Source: an uncultured Gammaproteobacteria bacterium (GTDB taxonomy: Bacteria; Patescibacteriota; Microgenomatia; JAMCZE01). Taken from it: 64,000 nt of DNA. The stretch lies in contig CAZSSJ010000002.1 in the NCBI GenBank assembly GCA_964609775.1, positions 19,260-83,259 of the forward strand, read 5' to 3'. Of the stretch, positions 20,351 to 31,257 are shown piece by piece; position 1 is the stretch's first letter, and every line of letters starts with the position of its first letter. The notes beneath the pieces are model-generated. The model worked only from the letters and a program-made list of their open reading frames with translations. It was not told the DNA's origin and searched no databases. The position numbers and the translations under genes are program-made.

Positions 20351-22557
20351 GAAAAAAAATATTTTTCCTTCCGTTGATATTTCTTATCGTTTTTGCGGCT
20401 CTTTTTTATTCTCCCCTAATTTTAGAAAAAAAACTTCCCATTCCGGCGGACACCATCGTCGGTCTGTATCACCCCTGGCGGGACTATTTTTCTAAAAATT
20501 ATCCAAACGGAATTCCCTTCAAAAACTTTCAAATCACCGACTCCGTCCGGCAACAATATCCTTGGCGAAGCCTGTCAATTGATCTGATCAAAAGGGGAGA
20601 GGTGCCAAGGTGGAACCCCTATTCGTTTTCGGGCACTCCCCTGCTGGGGAATTTTCAATCAGCTGTATTCTATCCCCTCAACATCCTCTACCTCTTGGTG
20701 AGCGATTTTGCTTCTGTTTGGGCCATCCAGGTGGTCTTGCAAACAGTTTTGGGTGGAATTTTTATGTGGGCCTATCTCCACAATCTGAAGCTAAAACCTC
20801 AAGCGCAAGTTCTGGGAACCTTGGCCTGGGTCGGCAGCGGATTTTTTATCGCCTGGCTGGAGTGGAACACGGTCGTTCATGTGGCCATCTATTTACCGCT
20901 GGTTCTACTCACTATCGATGAAATCATTCTGGAAAAACATTCCCCCCCAAAAAGCATTTTTTGGCCTTTTGTCTTTGTGGGCGCTTTAGTCAGTAGTTTC
21001 TTTGCTGGATATCTGCAGCCGTTCTTTTATGTCTTTATAACCAGCTTGGTTTATCTGTCAGCCAGAGTGTGGCAGACGAAGAAGTTTCAAAAGCTCCTGC
21101 TGTTTTCAATTCTGTACGTCCTTTTCTTTATCATTAGTCTTCCTCAACTGATCCCGACCTTAAGTTTCATAAATTTGTCCGCCCGCGACGTTGACCAGGC
21201 AAATTGGACTCGGCCCGACTGGTTCCTCCCTTGGCAAAACTTAATTCAGCTCGTTGCTCCCGATTTTTTTGGCAATCCGGCGACTCTCAATTATTTCGGC
21301 GTTTGGAACTATCAGGAGTTTGTCAGTTTCATTGGCACCGCACCACTTGTTTTCGCCCTGGCAGCCCTTTTTATGCGCCGCGATAAAAAGACGCTTTTTT
21401 GGGGAGCTCTTTTGACCTTGACCTTAGTCTTCGCCTTACCCACGCCAATTGCCAGGTTGCCGTACGTTTTAAAATTGCCCTTTCTCTCAACTGCCCAACC
21501 ATCAAGAATAATAATGCTGGTAGACTTTGCCCTGGCGATCCTGGCCGCACTTGGCCTGGATCACTATTTGCGAAAATCCCCGCGCGCTCCTTTGGGCAGT
21601 ACCTTAATTGTTGTTTCGGCCCTGGCTCTTCTACTTATCTTTACTTATAAGTCAGGCCTGCTGGTCAGTCAGAGAAATCTCATTTTACCCCTGGTAATAA
21701 CCGTCGTCGTTTTCTTCCTCCTTTCCGTCGTCCATTTGGTCAAAAAAACTAAATCCGTCATCGTCCTGGCAATTCTCATCCTTACCTTATTTGACTTGCT
21801 TCGTTTTGCGACAAAGTTTGAACCGTTTTCGCCCAGAGAATATCTTTACCCTTCAACAAAAATACTTTCTTTTCTTGAGGGCAAAGCAAAAGAAGAAGTC
21901 TTTCGAGTGGCTGCCCTGGACGATCGCATTTTGCCCTCAAATTTTAATGTTGCTTATAAAATTCAGATGGCCGCTGGCTACGATCCACTTTATTCAAAAC
22001 GCTACGGACAATTTATCGCCTCACTTGAGCGGGGAAAGCCCGACATCTCCCCGCCTTGGGGATTTAACAGAATTATTACCCCCAAACTTGTCGGCAGTCA
22101 CCTTTACGGCCTTTTAAACACCAAGTATGTCCTCTCTTTTGTTGATTTTCCTCAGTTCAAACTTCTTGCTAAAGAAGGGGACACCTATCTATTTGAATAC
22201 CCGGACGCTCTTCCCCGGGCCTTTTTTGTTTCCCGGACGATAAATGCCATCAGCGGTAATGAAGCCATAAGCAAAATATATTCTTCGGACTTTGATTCCC
22301 GAAACAGTGCCGTGGTAGAAAACTTCCGCACCGCTGCCTTTACGACCGGACAGGCAAAGATAACTTCCTATACGGAAAATACTGTCGTGCTTCAAACGCA
22401 AAATACCTCTGAGGGCTTCCTAGTGCTGCTGGACGCCTATTATCCTGATTGGCATGCCACTGTTGATAGTGTTCCTACTCAGATCTATATTACAAACTAT
22501 ATTTTCAGGGGCATAAAAGTGCCACGCGGGAATCATCTCGTGAAATTTCAAATATGA
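20347..22557 (+). CDS. YfhO-family membrane protein (paralog 4)
   Basis: YHPWRDYF...YPWRSLSIDLIKRGEVPRWNPYSFSGTPLLGNFQSAVFYP. C-terminal YYPDWHATVDSVPTQIYITNYIFRGIKVPRGNH. ATGA overlap upstream. Confidence 0.8.
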   Translation: MRKKIFFLPLIFLIVFAALFYSPLILEKKLPIPADTIVGLYHPWRDYFSKNYPNGIPFKNFQITDSVRQQYPWRSLSIDLIKRGEVPRWNPYSFSGTPLLGNFQSAVFYPLNILYLLVSDFASVWAIQVVLQTVLGGIFMWAYLHNLKLKPQAQVLGTLAWVGSGFFIAWLEWNTVVHVAIYLPLVLLTIDEIILEKHSPPKSIFWPFVFVGALVSSFFAGYLQPFFYVFITSLVYLSARVWQTKKFQKLLLFSILYVLFFIISLPQLIPTLSFINLSARDVDQANWTRPDWFLPWQNLIQLVAPDFFGNPATLNYFGVWNYQEFVSFIGTAPLVFALAALFMRRDKKTLFWGALLTLTLVFALPTPIARLPYVLKLPFLSTAQPSRIIMLVDFALAILAALGLDHYLRKSPRAPLGSTLIVVSALALLLIFTYKSGLLVSQRNLILPLVITVVVFFLLSVVHLVKKTKSVIVLAILILTLFDLLRFATKFEPFSPREYLYPSTKILSFLEGKAKEEVFRVAALDDRILPSNFNVAYKIQMAAGYDPLYSKRYGQFIASLERGKPDISPPWGFNRIITPKLVGSHLYGLLNTKYVLSFVDFPQFKLLAKEGDTYLFEYPDALPRAFFVSRTINAISGNEAISKIYSSDFDSRNSAVVENFRTAAFTTGQAKITSYTENTVVLQTQNTSEGFLVLLDAYYPDWHATVDSVPTQIYITNYIFRGIKVPRGNHLVKFQI

Positions 22558-23237
22558 AACTTTCCATCATCGTCCCAGCATATAACGAAGAAAAAACCAT
22601 TACTAAAGTCATCGATAAGTTATTGCGACTAAAAATCCGTGGTTGGCACAAAGACGTAATTGTCGTTGACGATGCTTCAACCGATCAAACACTCCAGCTT
22701 TTAAAAAACTACCGGGGAAAAATTACCCTCATCCATCACTTAGCCAACCGCGGAAAAACGGCGGCCATAAGGACTGCTGTTCGTCAGACAAGCGGTGATT
22801 ACATCATCATTCAGGATGCCGATCTCGAGTATGATCCCAAGGATATTCCCCTTCTGATTCGCGCTCTCGGTGATAGTAAAGACGCAGTTGTCTTTGGCTC
22901 CCGATTTGCAACGTCAAAGTATGTCGACACTGTCTTTGGTCACAAATTCGGCAACAAGTTGCTGACTCTTCTGGCAAATTTGCTCTACAGGTCAGACATT
23001 TCAGACATGGAAACTTGTTACAAACTCATTCCGGGTCCATTTCTTCGAAGCATCACCCTACAATCTGACCGTTTTGGTTTTGAACCGGAAATTACGGCCA
23101 AGGTGCTTCGAAGTGGGAGAAAAATCAAGGAAGTGCCTATTTCCTATGTCAAAAGATCAGTCACCGAAGGAAAGAGTATCCGTTGGTGGCGCGACGGCTG
23201 GGCCACGGTAGCCATACTGATTCGCTATCGTTTATGA
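22554..23237 (+). CDS. family 2 glycosyltransferase, DPM1-like polyprenol-phosphate sugar synthase (soluble type)
   Basis: IIVPAYNEE...VVDDASTD...IIIQDADLEYDP. Confidence 0.8.
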   Translation: MKLSIIVPAYNEEKTITKVIDKLLRLKIRGWHKDVIVVDDASTDQTLQLLKNYRGKITLIHHLANRGKTAAIRTAVRQTSGDYIIIQDADLEYDPKDIPLLIRALGDSKDAVVFGSRFATSKYVDTVFGHKFGNKLLTLLANLLYRSDISDMETCYKLIPGPFLRSITLQSDRFGFEPEITAKVLRSGRKIKEVPISYVKRSVTEGKSIRWWRDGWATVAILIRYRL

Positions 23238-24859
23238 AATTTCTAATCCTCTTTCTTATTGTAATCCTGGCCTTTTTACTTCGCTTCTATCAGCTCTCAA
23301 CAAATCCCCCGGGCCTCAATCTCGACGAAGTGGCCATCGGTTACAATGCCTACTCTATTCTCCGTACTGGCAGAGACGAGTATGGCAAATTTCTCCCGAT
23401 TGTTTTTCGCTCCCACGACGACTACAAACCACCCCTATACATTTATTTAACCGCGCCTTCAATCGCCGTCTTTGGGGTCAATGAGTTCGCCGTTCGGTTT
23501 CCCGCCGCGCTTTTTGGGACCCTGTCAGTGCTGGCAGTATTTTTTCTCAGCCGGCAACTTTTTTCTTCCTCTAAATTAGCCTTGCTGTCTTCTTATTTTT
23601 TGGCGATTTCCCCCTGGCACTTGCAATTCACCCGAGCGGCATTTGAAACTGGCGTGACGGTTTTTGCCACCGCCGTTGGGGTTTTCTTGTTCCTTCGCGG
23701 GCTAACGAAAAAGAGTTCCGCCTCCCTCATCCTCGCCAGCCTCGCCTTTGGATTGGAACTCTATCTCTACCAGGCTGCCAAGGTTTTTATTCCTCTTCTT
23801 GTCATCGCTCTTCTGGCTCTCAACCTTCAGAAAATTATCAACCAGAAGAAAAGAGTCCTTGTTTTCGTCTTCATTTTTGCAACTTTCTTCCTTCCCGTTG
23901 CCTTCCTTTCCACAACCCGCGCGGGCCAACTTCGCTTCCAAGGAACGAGTATTTTCAAAGAGTATCTCCCATATGCCCATGCTCAGTCCTGGAGAGAAGC
24001 CGATCAACTCTCCGGGAGTACTTTTGCCGCCTCTCTTTTCCATCCACGCTTTTTAACTTACCTTCCCTCAGTCATTTCCGGATACCTGTCCCACTATGAC
24101 CTCACCTTTCTCTTTGTCGGTGATCACGGCCCGCCGAATAATTATGTCCCTGGAGCGGTTGGTCTTCTGTATCCCTGGGAGATCCTCGCGGTCATTCCTG
24201 GCTTGTATTTTCTTGCCCGACGTTTTCGCCCCGCCTCGCTAGTCGTCTTTGCTTGGTTTCTTCTGGCTCCCTTGCCGGCTTCCGTGACCTCCGGCGTCCC
24301 TAGTGCCACCCGCACCGCACTCAGTCTTCCTATCTATCAGATCATCACCGCGCTTGCCATTGTTGTGTTGTTAAATATCATCAGGAACCATTCACGCTTC
24401 TGGGCAAACGCTTCTTCCTTGGCCTTTTTGCTTCTGACTGTCCCCATCGTCACCTATTACCTGCATATGATGTTTTTCCATGCCCCTCGGGACTATTCAG
24501 ACATTTGGTTTTATGGCTATAAAAACGTCGTTGCCGAGACGGCTCGCCTTGCTCCAAACTATCGTCGGGTGGTTGTTTCCACGGCGCTAAAACAACCCCA
24601 GAATTTTTTCGCTTTCTTTTTACGCTATGATCCCTTGACCTACCTGCGTGTTGACGGGGGAACCGTTTCTGGCGGTTTTAAGGAAAACCGAAATCACTTC
24701 GCTAAGTTCAACTTCACTTCCTCTGATTGGGAGACGCTTCTCAAAGAGAAGTCACTCTTATTTGTGGGTTTGGTAGATGACTTTCCTGATAGCATTACCC
24801 CCATTAAGACGTTTCACTATCTTAATGGCAAGCCGTCAGTTATGATAGTGGGAACGTAA
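23234..24859 (+). CDS. GT39 / PMT_2-like glycosyltransferase family membrane protein (paralog 2)
   Basis: LRFYQLSTNPPGLNLDEVAIGYNAYSILRTGRDEYGKFLPIVFRSHDDYKPPLYIY. ATGA overlap upstream. Confidence 0.8.
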   Translation: MKFLILFLIVILAFLLRFYQLSTNPPGLNLDEVAIGYNAYSILRTGRDEYGKFLPIVFRSHDDYKPPLYIYLTAPSIAVFGVNEFAVRFPAALFGTLSVLAVFFLSRQLFSSSKLALLSSYFLAISPWHLQFTRAAFETGVTVFATAVGVFLFLRGLTKKSSASLILASLAFGLELYLYQAAKVFIPLLVIALLALNLQKIINQKKRVLVFVFIFATFFLPVAFLSTTRAGQLRFQGTSIFKEYLPYAHAQSWREADQLSGSTFAASLFHPRFLTYLPSVISGYLSHYDLTFLFVGDHGPPNNYVPGAVGLLYPWEILAVIPGLYFLARRFRPASLVVFAWFLLAPLPASVTSGVPSATRTALSLPIYQIITALAIVVLLNIIRNHSRFWANASSLAFLLLTVPIVTYYLHMMFFHAPRDYSDIWFYGYKNVVAETARLAPNYRRVVVSTALKQPQNFFAFFLRYDPLTYLRVDGGTVSGGFKENRNHFAKFNFTSSDWETLLKEKSLLFVGLVDDFPDSITPIKTFHYLNGKPSVMIVGT

Positions 24860-24866
24860 GACACCC

Positions 24867-26402
24867 ATGGCCCGAGCAAGCTCCATCGTTTTACTGTTAG
24901 TAGTTATTCTGGCGAGCCTCTTGCGGTTGTATCGGATACAGACCAACCCGCCCTCACTCTATCGGGACGAAGTTTCGATCGGCTACAATGCCTATTCGAT
25001 CATCAGCACCGGCAAAGACGAGTGGGCAGCGGCCTTCCCGCAAACCTTTAAATCGTTCGGTGATTATAAATTGCCTTTGTATATCTATCTCGTGGCCGGA
25101 CTGGAAAAATTTCTTGGGCCGACTGAACTGGCCGTCCGCCTGCCCTCAGCACTTGCCGGCATTCTTTCTGTGGTAGTGATGTTCTTTTTAATGACTGAGA
25201 TAAAACTGTTGGTGTTAAAGCACTACCCCGACTTTAAATTTCTCCGCGGCTACACTCTAGCGCTTCTTTCGGCCTTGCTGTTGTCAATTTCCCCCTGGCA
25301 CCTCCAGTTCTCCAGGGCCGGCTTCGAAGCCGGTCTTGGTCTTCTGTTTTTGACGGCTTCGCTGGTCTTTTTTTTACTCTCGCTGCGAAAAAGCAGTCAC
25401 TTTTTCCTTCCCGCCGTCATTTCTGCTGTCGGGTGCTTTTACAGCTATCACAGCGCCGCTTTTGTCCTTCCCTTTCTCGCTCTCGCCGCCATAGCGATCT
25501 TTTTTCGCCCAGTCTTTTCCCGGGGGAAAATTGTTCTTGTTGGGCTCATCCTCGGAGCCGTCCTTTTAATGCCTTACCTTCCCCAATATTTCTCTGCCGG
25601 AACAAATCGAGTCGCTTTCACCGGTATTTCCGTTGTTAACCAGAAAGGGGACGTGCTTTCTAACTTTGTCCAAAATTACGTGGCCAACTTTTCCTTTGAC
25701 TATCTCTTTTTCAAGGGCGACCAGGAAGGCCGGCACTCCGTCAAGAAGCTCGGGGAACTCTATCTTTGGCAATTCCCGGCCGTTTTGGCCGGAATTTATT
25801 TTCTCCTTCGCTTCCGTTCAAAGGCCAGTGTTCTTCTCTTTGTCTGGCTGCTTGTCAGCGCCCTCCCCGTCGCCCTCACCCGCGTCTCCCCCCACGCCCT
25901 AAGAAACCTCATGGCCGTTTTTCCCTGGCAAGCCGTCTCGGCCTTCGGCCTCCTCTATGTTTTGCGCAAAACAAGAGCCGCCGGGGGCTTTATCTTTGCC
26001 ATAATCTTTGTTTATGCCCTGGTAACCTATCTTCACCAATACTACGTCCACTATCCCGTCTCCTATGCCGCCGATTGGCAAGATGGTCAAAAACAAGCAG
26101 TCACCTTCCTAAAACAGGTGGAAAAGAACTACTCCGAAATCTTTCTGACCAAAGATCTCTACCCTATATATTTAAAGTTCTTTTTGCCCTACCCTCCGCA
26201 GAAACTTCAAGAAAGCAGCCACAACGAAAGCCAATTGGGCAAATATAAATACCTAACTCCCGCCCAAGCCCCAAAGAAAGAATTTCCCGACCGGACTTCT
26301 CTGATGATTGCTCCTTCCTGGATGGGCTCCGATGTCATGCGAGCTCTCCCGTCGATTAAAATGACTAACGGTGATGTTGCCTTTCGCGTCTATGAATTTT
26401 AA
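24867..26402 (+). CDS. GT39 / PMT_2-like glycosyltransferase family membrane protein (paralog 3)
   Basis: LRLYRIQTNPPSLYRDEVSIGYNAYSIISTGKDEW. Confidence 0.8.
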   Translation: MARASSIVLLLVVILASLLRLYRIQTNPPSLYRDEVSIGYNAYSIISTGKDEWAAAFPQTFKSFGDYKLPLYIYLVAGLEKFLGPTELAVRLPSALAGILSVVVMFFLMTEIKLLVLKHYPDFKFLRGYTLALLSALLLSISPWHLQFSRAGFEAGLGLLFLTASLVFFLLSLRKSSHFFLPAVISAVGCFYSYHSAAFVLPFLALAAIAIFFRPVFSRGKIVLVGLILGAVLLMPYLPQYFSAGTNRVAFTGISVVNQKGDVLSNFVQNYVANFSFDYLFFKGDQEGRHSVKKLGELYLWQFPAVLAGIYFLLRFRSKASVLLFVWLLVSALPVALTRVSPHALRNLMAVFPWQAVSAFGLLYVLRKTRAAGGFIFAIIFVYALVTYLHQYYVHYPVSYAADWQDGQKQAVTFLKQVEKNYSEIFLTKDLYPIYLKFFLPYPPQKLQESSHNESQLGKYKYLTPAQAPKKEFPDRTSLMIAPSWMGSDVMRALPSIKMTNGDVAFRVYEF

Positions 26403-26820
26403 CTTTCTCTGCACTAAGGACTGGATCCTCGGCGATGTTCCCCTTCAGCTCTGGGAAGCAACCACCGCCGATGGTCCCACCGCGAACGCTTTGCTGACTC
26501 GGTTTCTCCATAATAAGCCGATGTTTTATTTGGACAATTTTCTCCGCTGCTATCTGTCCTATCTTTCGGCAGACTTTTTGGTCAAAGCCTTCTCTCTCTT
26601 AGGATTAGGACTTTTCATTTTCGGAGTCTACCAAGCCATCCGACAGCGAAGAAAATGGCTGTTAAGCATTGTTCTAATGACCCCGTTGTTCCCCCTTTTT
26701 CAATTTCCCGCGGCTAACTTAGCCCAGGGAGTTCTTCTTTATGGTTCACAATTAGCCCTGATCTTGTTTGGTCTCCAACAACTCATTAAAATTCTAATAC
26801 AAAAATTCCGTGCGCCTTAA
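26371..26820 (+). CDS. small hypothetical membrane protein (about 3 TM)
   Basis: 149-aa ORF that fills the only otherwise unexplained approximately 400-nt gap in the GT39 array. It has three hydrophobic segments. There is no homology evidence. An alternative start is at 26392. Confidence 0.35.
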   Translation: MMLPFASMNFNFLCTKDWILGDVPLQLWEATTADGPTANALLTRFLHNKPMFYLDNFLRCYLSYLSADFLVKAFSLLGLGLFIFGVYQAIRQRRKWLLSIVLMTPLFPLFQFPAANLAQGVLLYGSQLALILFGLQQLIKILIQKFRAP

Positions 26821-28399
26821 GCTACTTTTAATCAGCATAGTTCTCTTAGCCGCCATTCTCCGGCTCTATCGTTTGGCCAATGCCCCCCCCAGTCTCTACT
26901 GGGACGAAGCCTCAATTGGCTATAACGCCTACAGTATTGCCCAAACACTTCGCGACGAGCACGGCGAATTTTTGCCTCTGACGCGTTTCATCGCTTTTGG
27001 TGACTATAAACCACCGGGCTACATCTACGCTGCTGCTCTCTCCGTTAAGCTTTTTGGGCCAACGGAGTTTGTAGTCCGTCTACCCTCCGCTGCAGCAGGA
27101 ACTCTTTTGGTTCTCGTCAGTTTTTATCTCGCCCGAATGCTTACAGGAAACGCCAAACTAGGCCTGGTGACGGCCGCGCTTTTGGCTGTTTCTCCCTGGG
27201 CCCTCCAATTTTCCCGGGGCGCTTTCGAAGCCAATTTAGCCACTTTGTTTTCCTCTGCCGGACTCTACTTTTTTGTCCGAACCATTCGCACAAAAACACT
27301 TGCTTCGGGCATCTCTAGTGCCGTTTTTTTCGCGCTTTCCCTGTACACTTTTAATTCCCACCGCGTCTTTGTCCCAGCAGTCATTGGTGCTCTGGGTCTA
27401 ATTTACTTTCGGGAGATTTGGCGCAGCAGGGGACAATGGTTAGTTTTTTTGTTAGCTCTACTTCTTCTGCTTGCTCCCCTAATCCCTCATCTGCTTTCCC
27501 GCGAGGGACAGCTTCGCTTCTATGAAGTTACTTGGCTAAACGATCTCGCCCCCATTGAACTTTCTAATTCGCGGACGGCTGTCGACGGTAACACCTGGTG
27601 GTCAGGATTAATCCACAACCGGCGGATCATTTTTTCCCAAGAGTTTCTGAAGCACTACACCGACCATTTCCGGGCTGAATTTTTGTTCTTCTCCGGGGAC
27701 GTCAATCCCCGGCTGTCGATCCAAACTGTCGGCGAAATGTACTGGCTGGATCTACCACTCCTCTTGATTGGAGTCTTCATCTTGGTCAAAAAGCGCCGCC
27801 GGGCCGCTCTTGTTCTCCTCGCCTGGGTTGTCCTTTCTCCTGTCCCCGCCGCCACCGCCCGCGAAACCCCCCACGCCCTACGCATCCTCCACATCCTGCC
27901 CTCATTGCAAATCGTCGCTGCCTTTGGCCTTTTGACCTTTTGGAAACTAGATTCCTTTAAAAAAATCCGTCTGCTTCTCGTCCCCATTTATGGTCTTTTT
28001 ATCATCATGTATCTTCATGACTATTACGTTCACTACCCGAAATTCTATTCCTCCGACTGGCAGTACGGCTATAAAGAAATGGTAGGTTTTGTTTCTTCAC
28101 TCCAGGACAAGTACGACCACATCAGTGTTACTGACACTTTGGGCAGACCCTACATCTATCTACTGTTCTATCAAAAATACCCCCCCGAAAAATACTGGGC
28201 AAACCGTCAGGTACGCCGCGATTGGTATGGCTTTTGGTACGTCGACGGCTTTGACAAATATACATTTGGAGGTCCGTTGCCTCCTGGCCGTTCGCTCATC
28301 GTTTCCGGTCCGCAGCCAATTCCCGGCAATTGGCAGCTCCTGAAGTCCGTCACTGACCCGCAAGGAAACACCGTCTTTCAAATAAGCGAAAAGGACTAA
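26810..28399 (+). CDS. GT39 / PMT_2-like glycosyltransferase family membrane protein (paralog 4)
   Basis: GTG start. LRLYRLANAPPSLYWDEASIGYNAYSIAQTLRDEHGEFLPL. Confidence 0.8.
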   Translation: MRLKLLLISIVLLAAILRLYRLANAPPSLYWDEASIGYNAYSIAQTLRDEHGEFLPLTRFIAFGDYKPPGYIYAAALSVKLFGPTEFVVRLPSAAAGTLLVLVSFYLARMLTGNAKLGLVTAALLAVSPWALQFSRGAFEANLATLFSSAGLYFFVRTIRTKTLASGISSAVFFALSLYTFNSHRVFVPAVIGALGLIYFREIWRSRGQWLVFLLALLLLLAPLIPHLLSREGQLRFYEVTWLNDLAPIELSNSRTAVDGNTWWSGLIHNRRIIFSQEFLKHYTDHFRAEFLFFSGDVNPRLSIQTVGEMYWLDLPLLLIGVFILVKKRRRAALVLLAWVVLSPVPAATARETPHALRILHILPSLQIVAAFGLLTFWKLDSFKKIRLLLVPIYGLFIIMYLHDYYVHYPKFYSSDWQYGYKEMVGFVSSLQDKYDHISVTDTLGRPYIYLLFYQKYPPEKYWANRQVRRDWYGFWYVDGFDKYTFGGPLPPGRSLIVSGPQPIPGNWQLLKSVTDPQGNTVFQISEKD

Positions 28400-29778
28400 T
28401 GACCAGATTTCTTTTGACTGTCAGTTTTGTCATTTTGACTCTCCTCTCTTGGGTCCTTCTGTTGCGTGACGAGCAAGCAATCACCGCCTTGGGTGACTTC
28501 TCTTTGCATTTGGGAACAACCCTAACCTCCTTTCGTCAAACCCTGCTTCATTATGGCCTCAACAGCCTCGTCAGCCTCCTTTTTGCCATGTGTGTCATCA
28601 TTGCTTTTGGGGCATACTTTCAAGCCTTGCGTCAAAAAATTTCTTTAAACCAAGCGTTGCTTTTCTCCGCCATCTTTCCGGCCATTGTCTTTTTCTCCTA
28701 CCCCGCTTTGTCTACGGACATCTTTGACTATATCCTTTCTGACCGTCTCGCCGTAATTTTTGGCGCCAATGTCTGGACAACGCCCCCCTCGGCTTTGATT
28801 CCTCCCGCCGATCCCTACTTTCAACTCACCAGTTGGGGATCCCAAGTAAATCCCTATGGTCCACTCAATCAGTTTTTCTATTTGCTTGCCGGGCTGGCCT
28901 CGATGAATAATTTCTGGCTAAGCTTAGCTGCCCATAAACTCTTGCCTTTAACTTTTCTTTTGGCTTCTTTAGTTGTCGTCTCTAAAACGTTACAAAAATA
29001 TTATCCTCAGTCACAAAGTCAAGGCATCATCCTTCTCTTTTGGAATCCTCTGTTCATTCTAGAAACAGCCGGTTCCGGCCATAATGATATCTTGTGGATC
29101 TTTTTTGCCCTAGCCGCTATCTATTTTTGGCTGGGAAAAAAATTTTTTATTTCCGGCTTGCTTTTAGCTCTAGCCGTCCAGGTCAAATTCATTCCCGTCA
29201 TCCTCTTTATATTCTTGCTGGCCTCGTTAACAAGCAAGGAACGGCAAGGTGCTTTGCAATTTGCCGGTGCCTTTATAACAGTAAACATCCTGGCCTTTTT
29301 ATACTTAGGCTCAGCGGTGTTTCCCTTTCTAACTAGGCTGGTTCTGGGAGCAAGCATCTATTGGCAATCGCTGCCACAACTTGTCCATCCTCTCTACGGC
29401 CAGGAGAAAATCTTCTTCACCACCTCCTTCTTACTATTATTAACGTCCGCTCTTATCCTTGTTCTCAAACAACGAATTACTCCGCTGCTGGGATACGTAG
29501 TGGTCATGTTCTTCTACCTACTCCTCCTGACCTCCGTCTATTGGAACTGGTACATCCTCTGGATCCTCTTCCTAATCCCTTTTCTGGGCAAAACCCGTTT
29601 GACTCGTCCGATCCTCATCTTTTCTGCCACCTCCCTTCTTGCCTACCCGCTCTATTGGCTGTCGCTCCGCTTTGGTTTCGGCAGTCTCTCCTGGCAGGTT
29701 ATAATATATCTGTTTATTGCTTTGCCCCCACTGGCAAGCTTTTTCCATGAGAAAATTATTCGACGACCACAAGACTGA
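28399..29778 (+). CDS. GT-C-like polytopic membrane protein, possibly GT87/DUF2029-type polyprenol-P-mannose-dependent mannosyltransferase
   Basis: About 11 TM helices. Motifs DIFDYILSDR, NPYGPL and ETAGSGHND. TAATG overlap with the upstream stop. Confidence 0.5.
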   Translation: MTRFLLTVSFVILTLLSWVLLLRDEQAITALGDFSLHLGTTLTSFRQTLLHYGLNSLVSLLFAMCVIIAFGAYFQALRQKISLNQALLFSAIFPAIVFFSYPALSTDIFDYILSDRLAVIFGANVWTTPPSALIPPADPYFQLTSWGSQVNPYGPLNQFFYLLAGLASMNNFWLSLAAHKLLPLTFLLASLVVVSKTLQKYYPQSQSQGIILLFWNPLFILETAGSGHNDILWIFFALAAIYFWLGKKFFISGLLLALAVQVKFIPVILFIFLLASLTSKERQGALQFAGAFITVNILAFLYLGSAVFPFLTRLVLGASIYWQSLPQLVHPLYGQEKIFFTTSFLLLLTSALILVLKQRITPLLGYVVVMFFYLLLLTSVYWNWYILWILFLIPFLGKTRLTRPILIFSATSLLAYPLYWLSLRFGFGSLSWQVIIYLFIALPPLASFFHEKIIRRPQD

Positions 29779-31252
29779 CCTTCTTGTTTTTGGGGGATTA
29801 ATTCTTGCCTACTTTCTCACCCGGCTTCCCCGCTTGGATCTCATCCCAATCTTCACTGACGAGGCCATCTATCTTCGCTGGAGTCAGATCATGGCCTATG
29901 ATGCCTCGCTGCGCTATCTGCCTCTGGTCGACGGTAAACCACCACTTTTTATGTGGGCTACCTCTATTGTTCTTAAACTGTTTCCGAGTCTTGACCCACT
30001 GCTTTCTCTCAGATTAACTTCGGTCGGGGGTGGCCTCTTTTCCATGGCCGGGATAATTTTTACCTCGTATGTGTTTTTTCGCAATAAACGCATTTCTTTG
30101 CTGGCGGCCTTGCTCTATCTTGTCGTCCCCTTCACATTTTTTTATGACCGCTTTGGTTTGGCCGATAGCCTTTTGGCCGCCTTTGGAGTCTGGAGTCTTG
30201 GGTTGGGGGCTTTGCTTGTCCAGTCGATCCGCCTTGACGTGGCACTGATACTTGGGACGGCGATTGGCTTAGGACTTTTGACGAAAACCCCGGCGCTATT
30301 TTTCCTCGTCACTTTGCCGTTGCAACTCCTCCTCTTTAATTTCAAAACCAGTGGATGGAAGATTCGACTTGTGAAGTTATTTCTCCTGTTTTTATTGGTC
30401 GTAATAATTTCCCAAGCCATCTTTTCGATCCTTCGGCTTTTCCCCTTGTTTCATATGATTTCTCAAAAAAACTTGGAATTTATCGTTACTCCGGCAGAAT
30501 TTCTCGCCCGGCCCTTCGAATTCTTTTTTAACAATCTCAAAACATTGCTCACCTGGGAAGTTGGCTACCTCACTGCCCCTGTCGCTTTGACCATCGCTTT
30601 TGCCTTTCTTAGAGGCCAGGCCGTTAAGCAAAATCTCATTCTGGCAGCCATCTTTCTCATCCATCTGCTTTATATGTCCACCTTTAACAAATCAATTTTT
30701 CCCCGTTTCTTGCTCACTTTCACTCCGGGCTTGTTGGTTTTGGCGGCCGTCGGGCTTGACCAAATGTCAACTCGTCTTCGTCCGTCATTACTCGTCTTGG
30801 TCTTTGTCCTCGTCCTGGCGCTCCCAGTTTATACCGATTTCAAACTTCTAACCGATCCTCCGACTGCTCCAATTCCCGATGGCGATTCCAAGCAGTACAT
30901 CAACGCCTGGCCGGCCGGCTATGGAGTCAAGGAAATTCGCCAGTTTTTGGCCCGGGAAAGTAGCCAATATCCAAAAGTGACTATCGGCACCGAAGGCACC
31001 TTCGGGCTTATGCCCTATGCCCTGCAGCTCTATCAAAAAGACTACCCTAATGTCGAAATCAAAGACTATTGGCCCTTGGGAGAGACAGTGCCGGCAGCAT
31101 TATTGGAAGCCTCGGCCAACCACCCCACCTACTTCATTATCTACCAGCGGCCAGATGTGCCCCCGAACTGGAAGCTGCGTTTGGTCGCCTCCTTCCAGCA
31201 AGGACGAAGTAATGACTATCTCCGACTCTATCAGATTTTACCCGAAGATTGA
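29747..31252 (+). CDS. GT39/ArnT-like glycosyltransferase family membrane protein (divergent paralog 5)
   Basis: LTRLPRLDLIPIFTDEAIYLRWSQIMAY...DGKPPLFMW. An alternative upstream start exists at 29717. Confidence 0.65.
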   Translation: MRKLFDDHKTDLLVFGGLILAYFLTRLPRLDLIPIFTDEAIYLRWSQIMAYDASLRYLPLVDGKPPLFMWATSIVLKLFPSLDPLLSLRLTSVGGGLFSMAGIIFTSYVFFRNKRISLLAALLYLVVPFTFFYDRFGLADSLLAAFGVWSLGLGALLVQSIRLDVALILGTAIGLGLLTKTPALFFLVTLPLQLLLFNFKTSGWKIRLVKLFLLFLLVVIISQAIFSILRLFPLFHMISQKNLEFIVTPAEFLARPFEFFFNNLKTLLTWEVGYLTAPVALTIAFAFLRGQAVKQNLILAAIFLIHLLYMSTFNKSIFPRFLLTFTPGLLVLAAVGLDQMSTRLRPSLLVLVFVLVLALPVYTDFKLLTDPPTAPIPDGDSKQYINAWPAGYGVKEIRQFLARESSQYPKVTIGTEGTFGLMPYALQLYQKDYPNVEIKDYWPLGETVPAALLEASANHPTYFIIYQRPDVPPNWKLRLVASFQQGRSNDYLRLYQILPED

Positions 31253-31257
31253 AAGTT

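Noticed and set aside
25766-26248. 160-aa plus-strand ORF, Pro/Arg-rich, in an alternative frame of GT39 paralog 3
   Set aside because: It is an out-of-frame overlap with a gene bearing the family signature. Its composition (PRRPHPRLPPRPKKP) is typical of an off-frame artefact.
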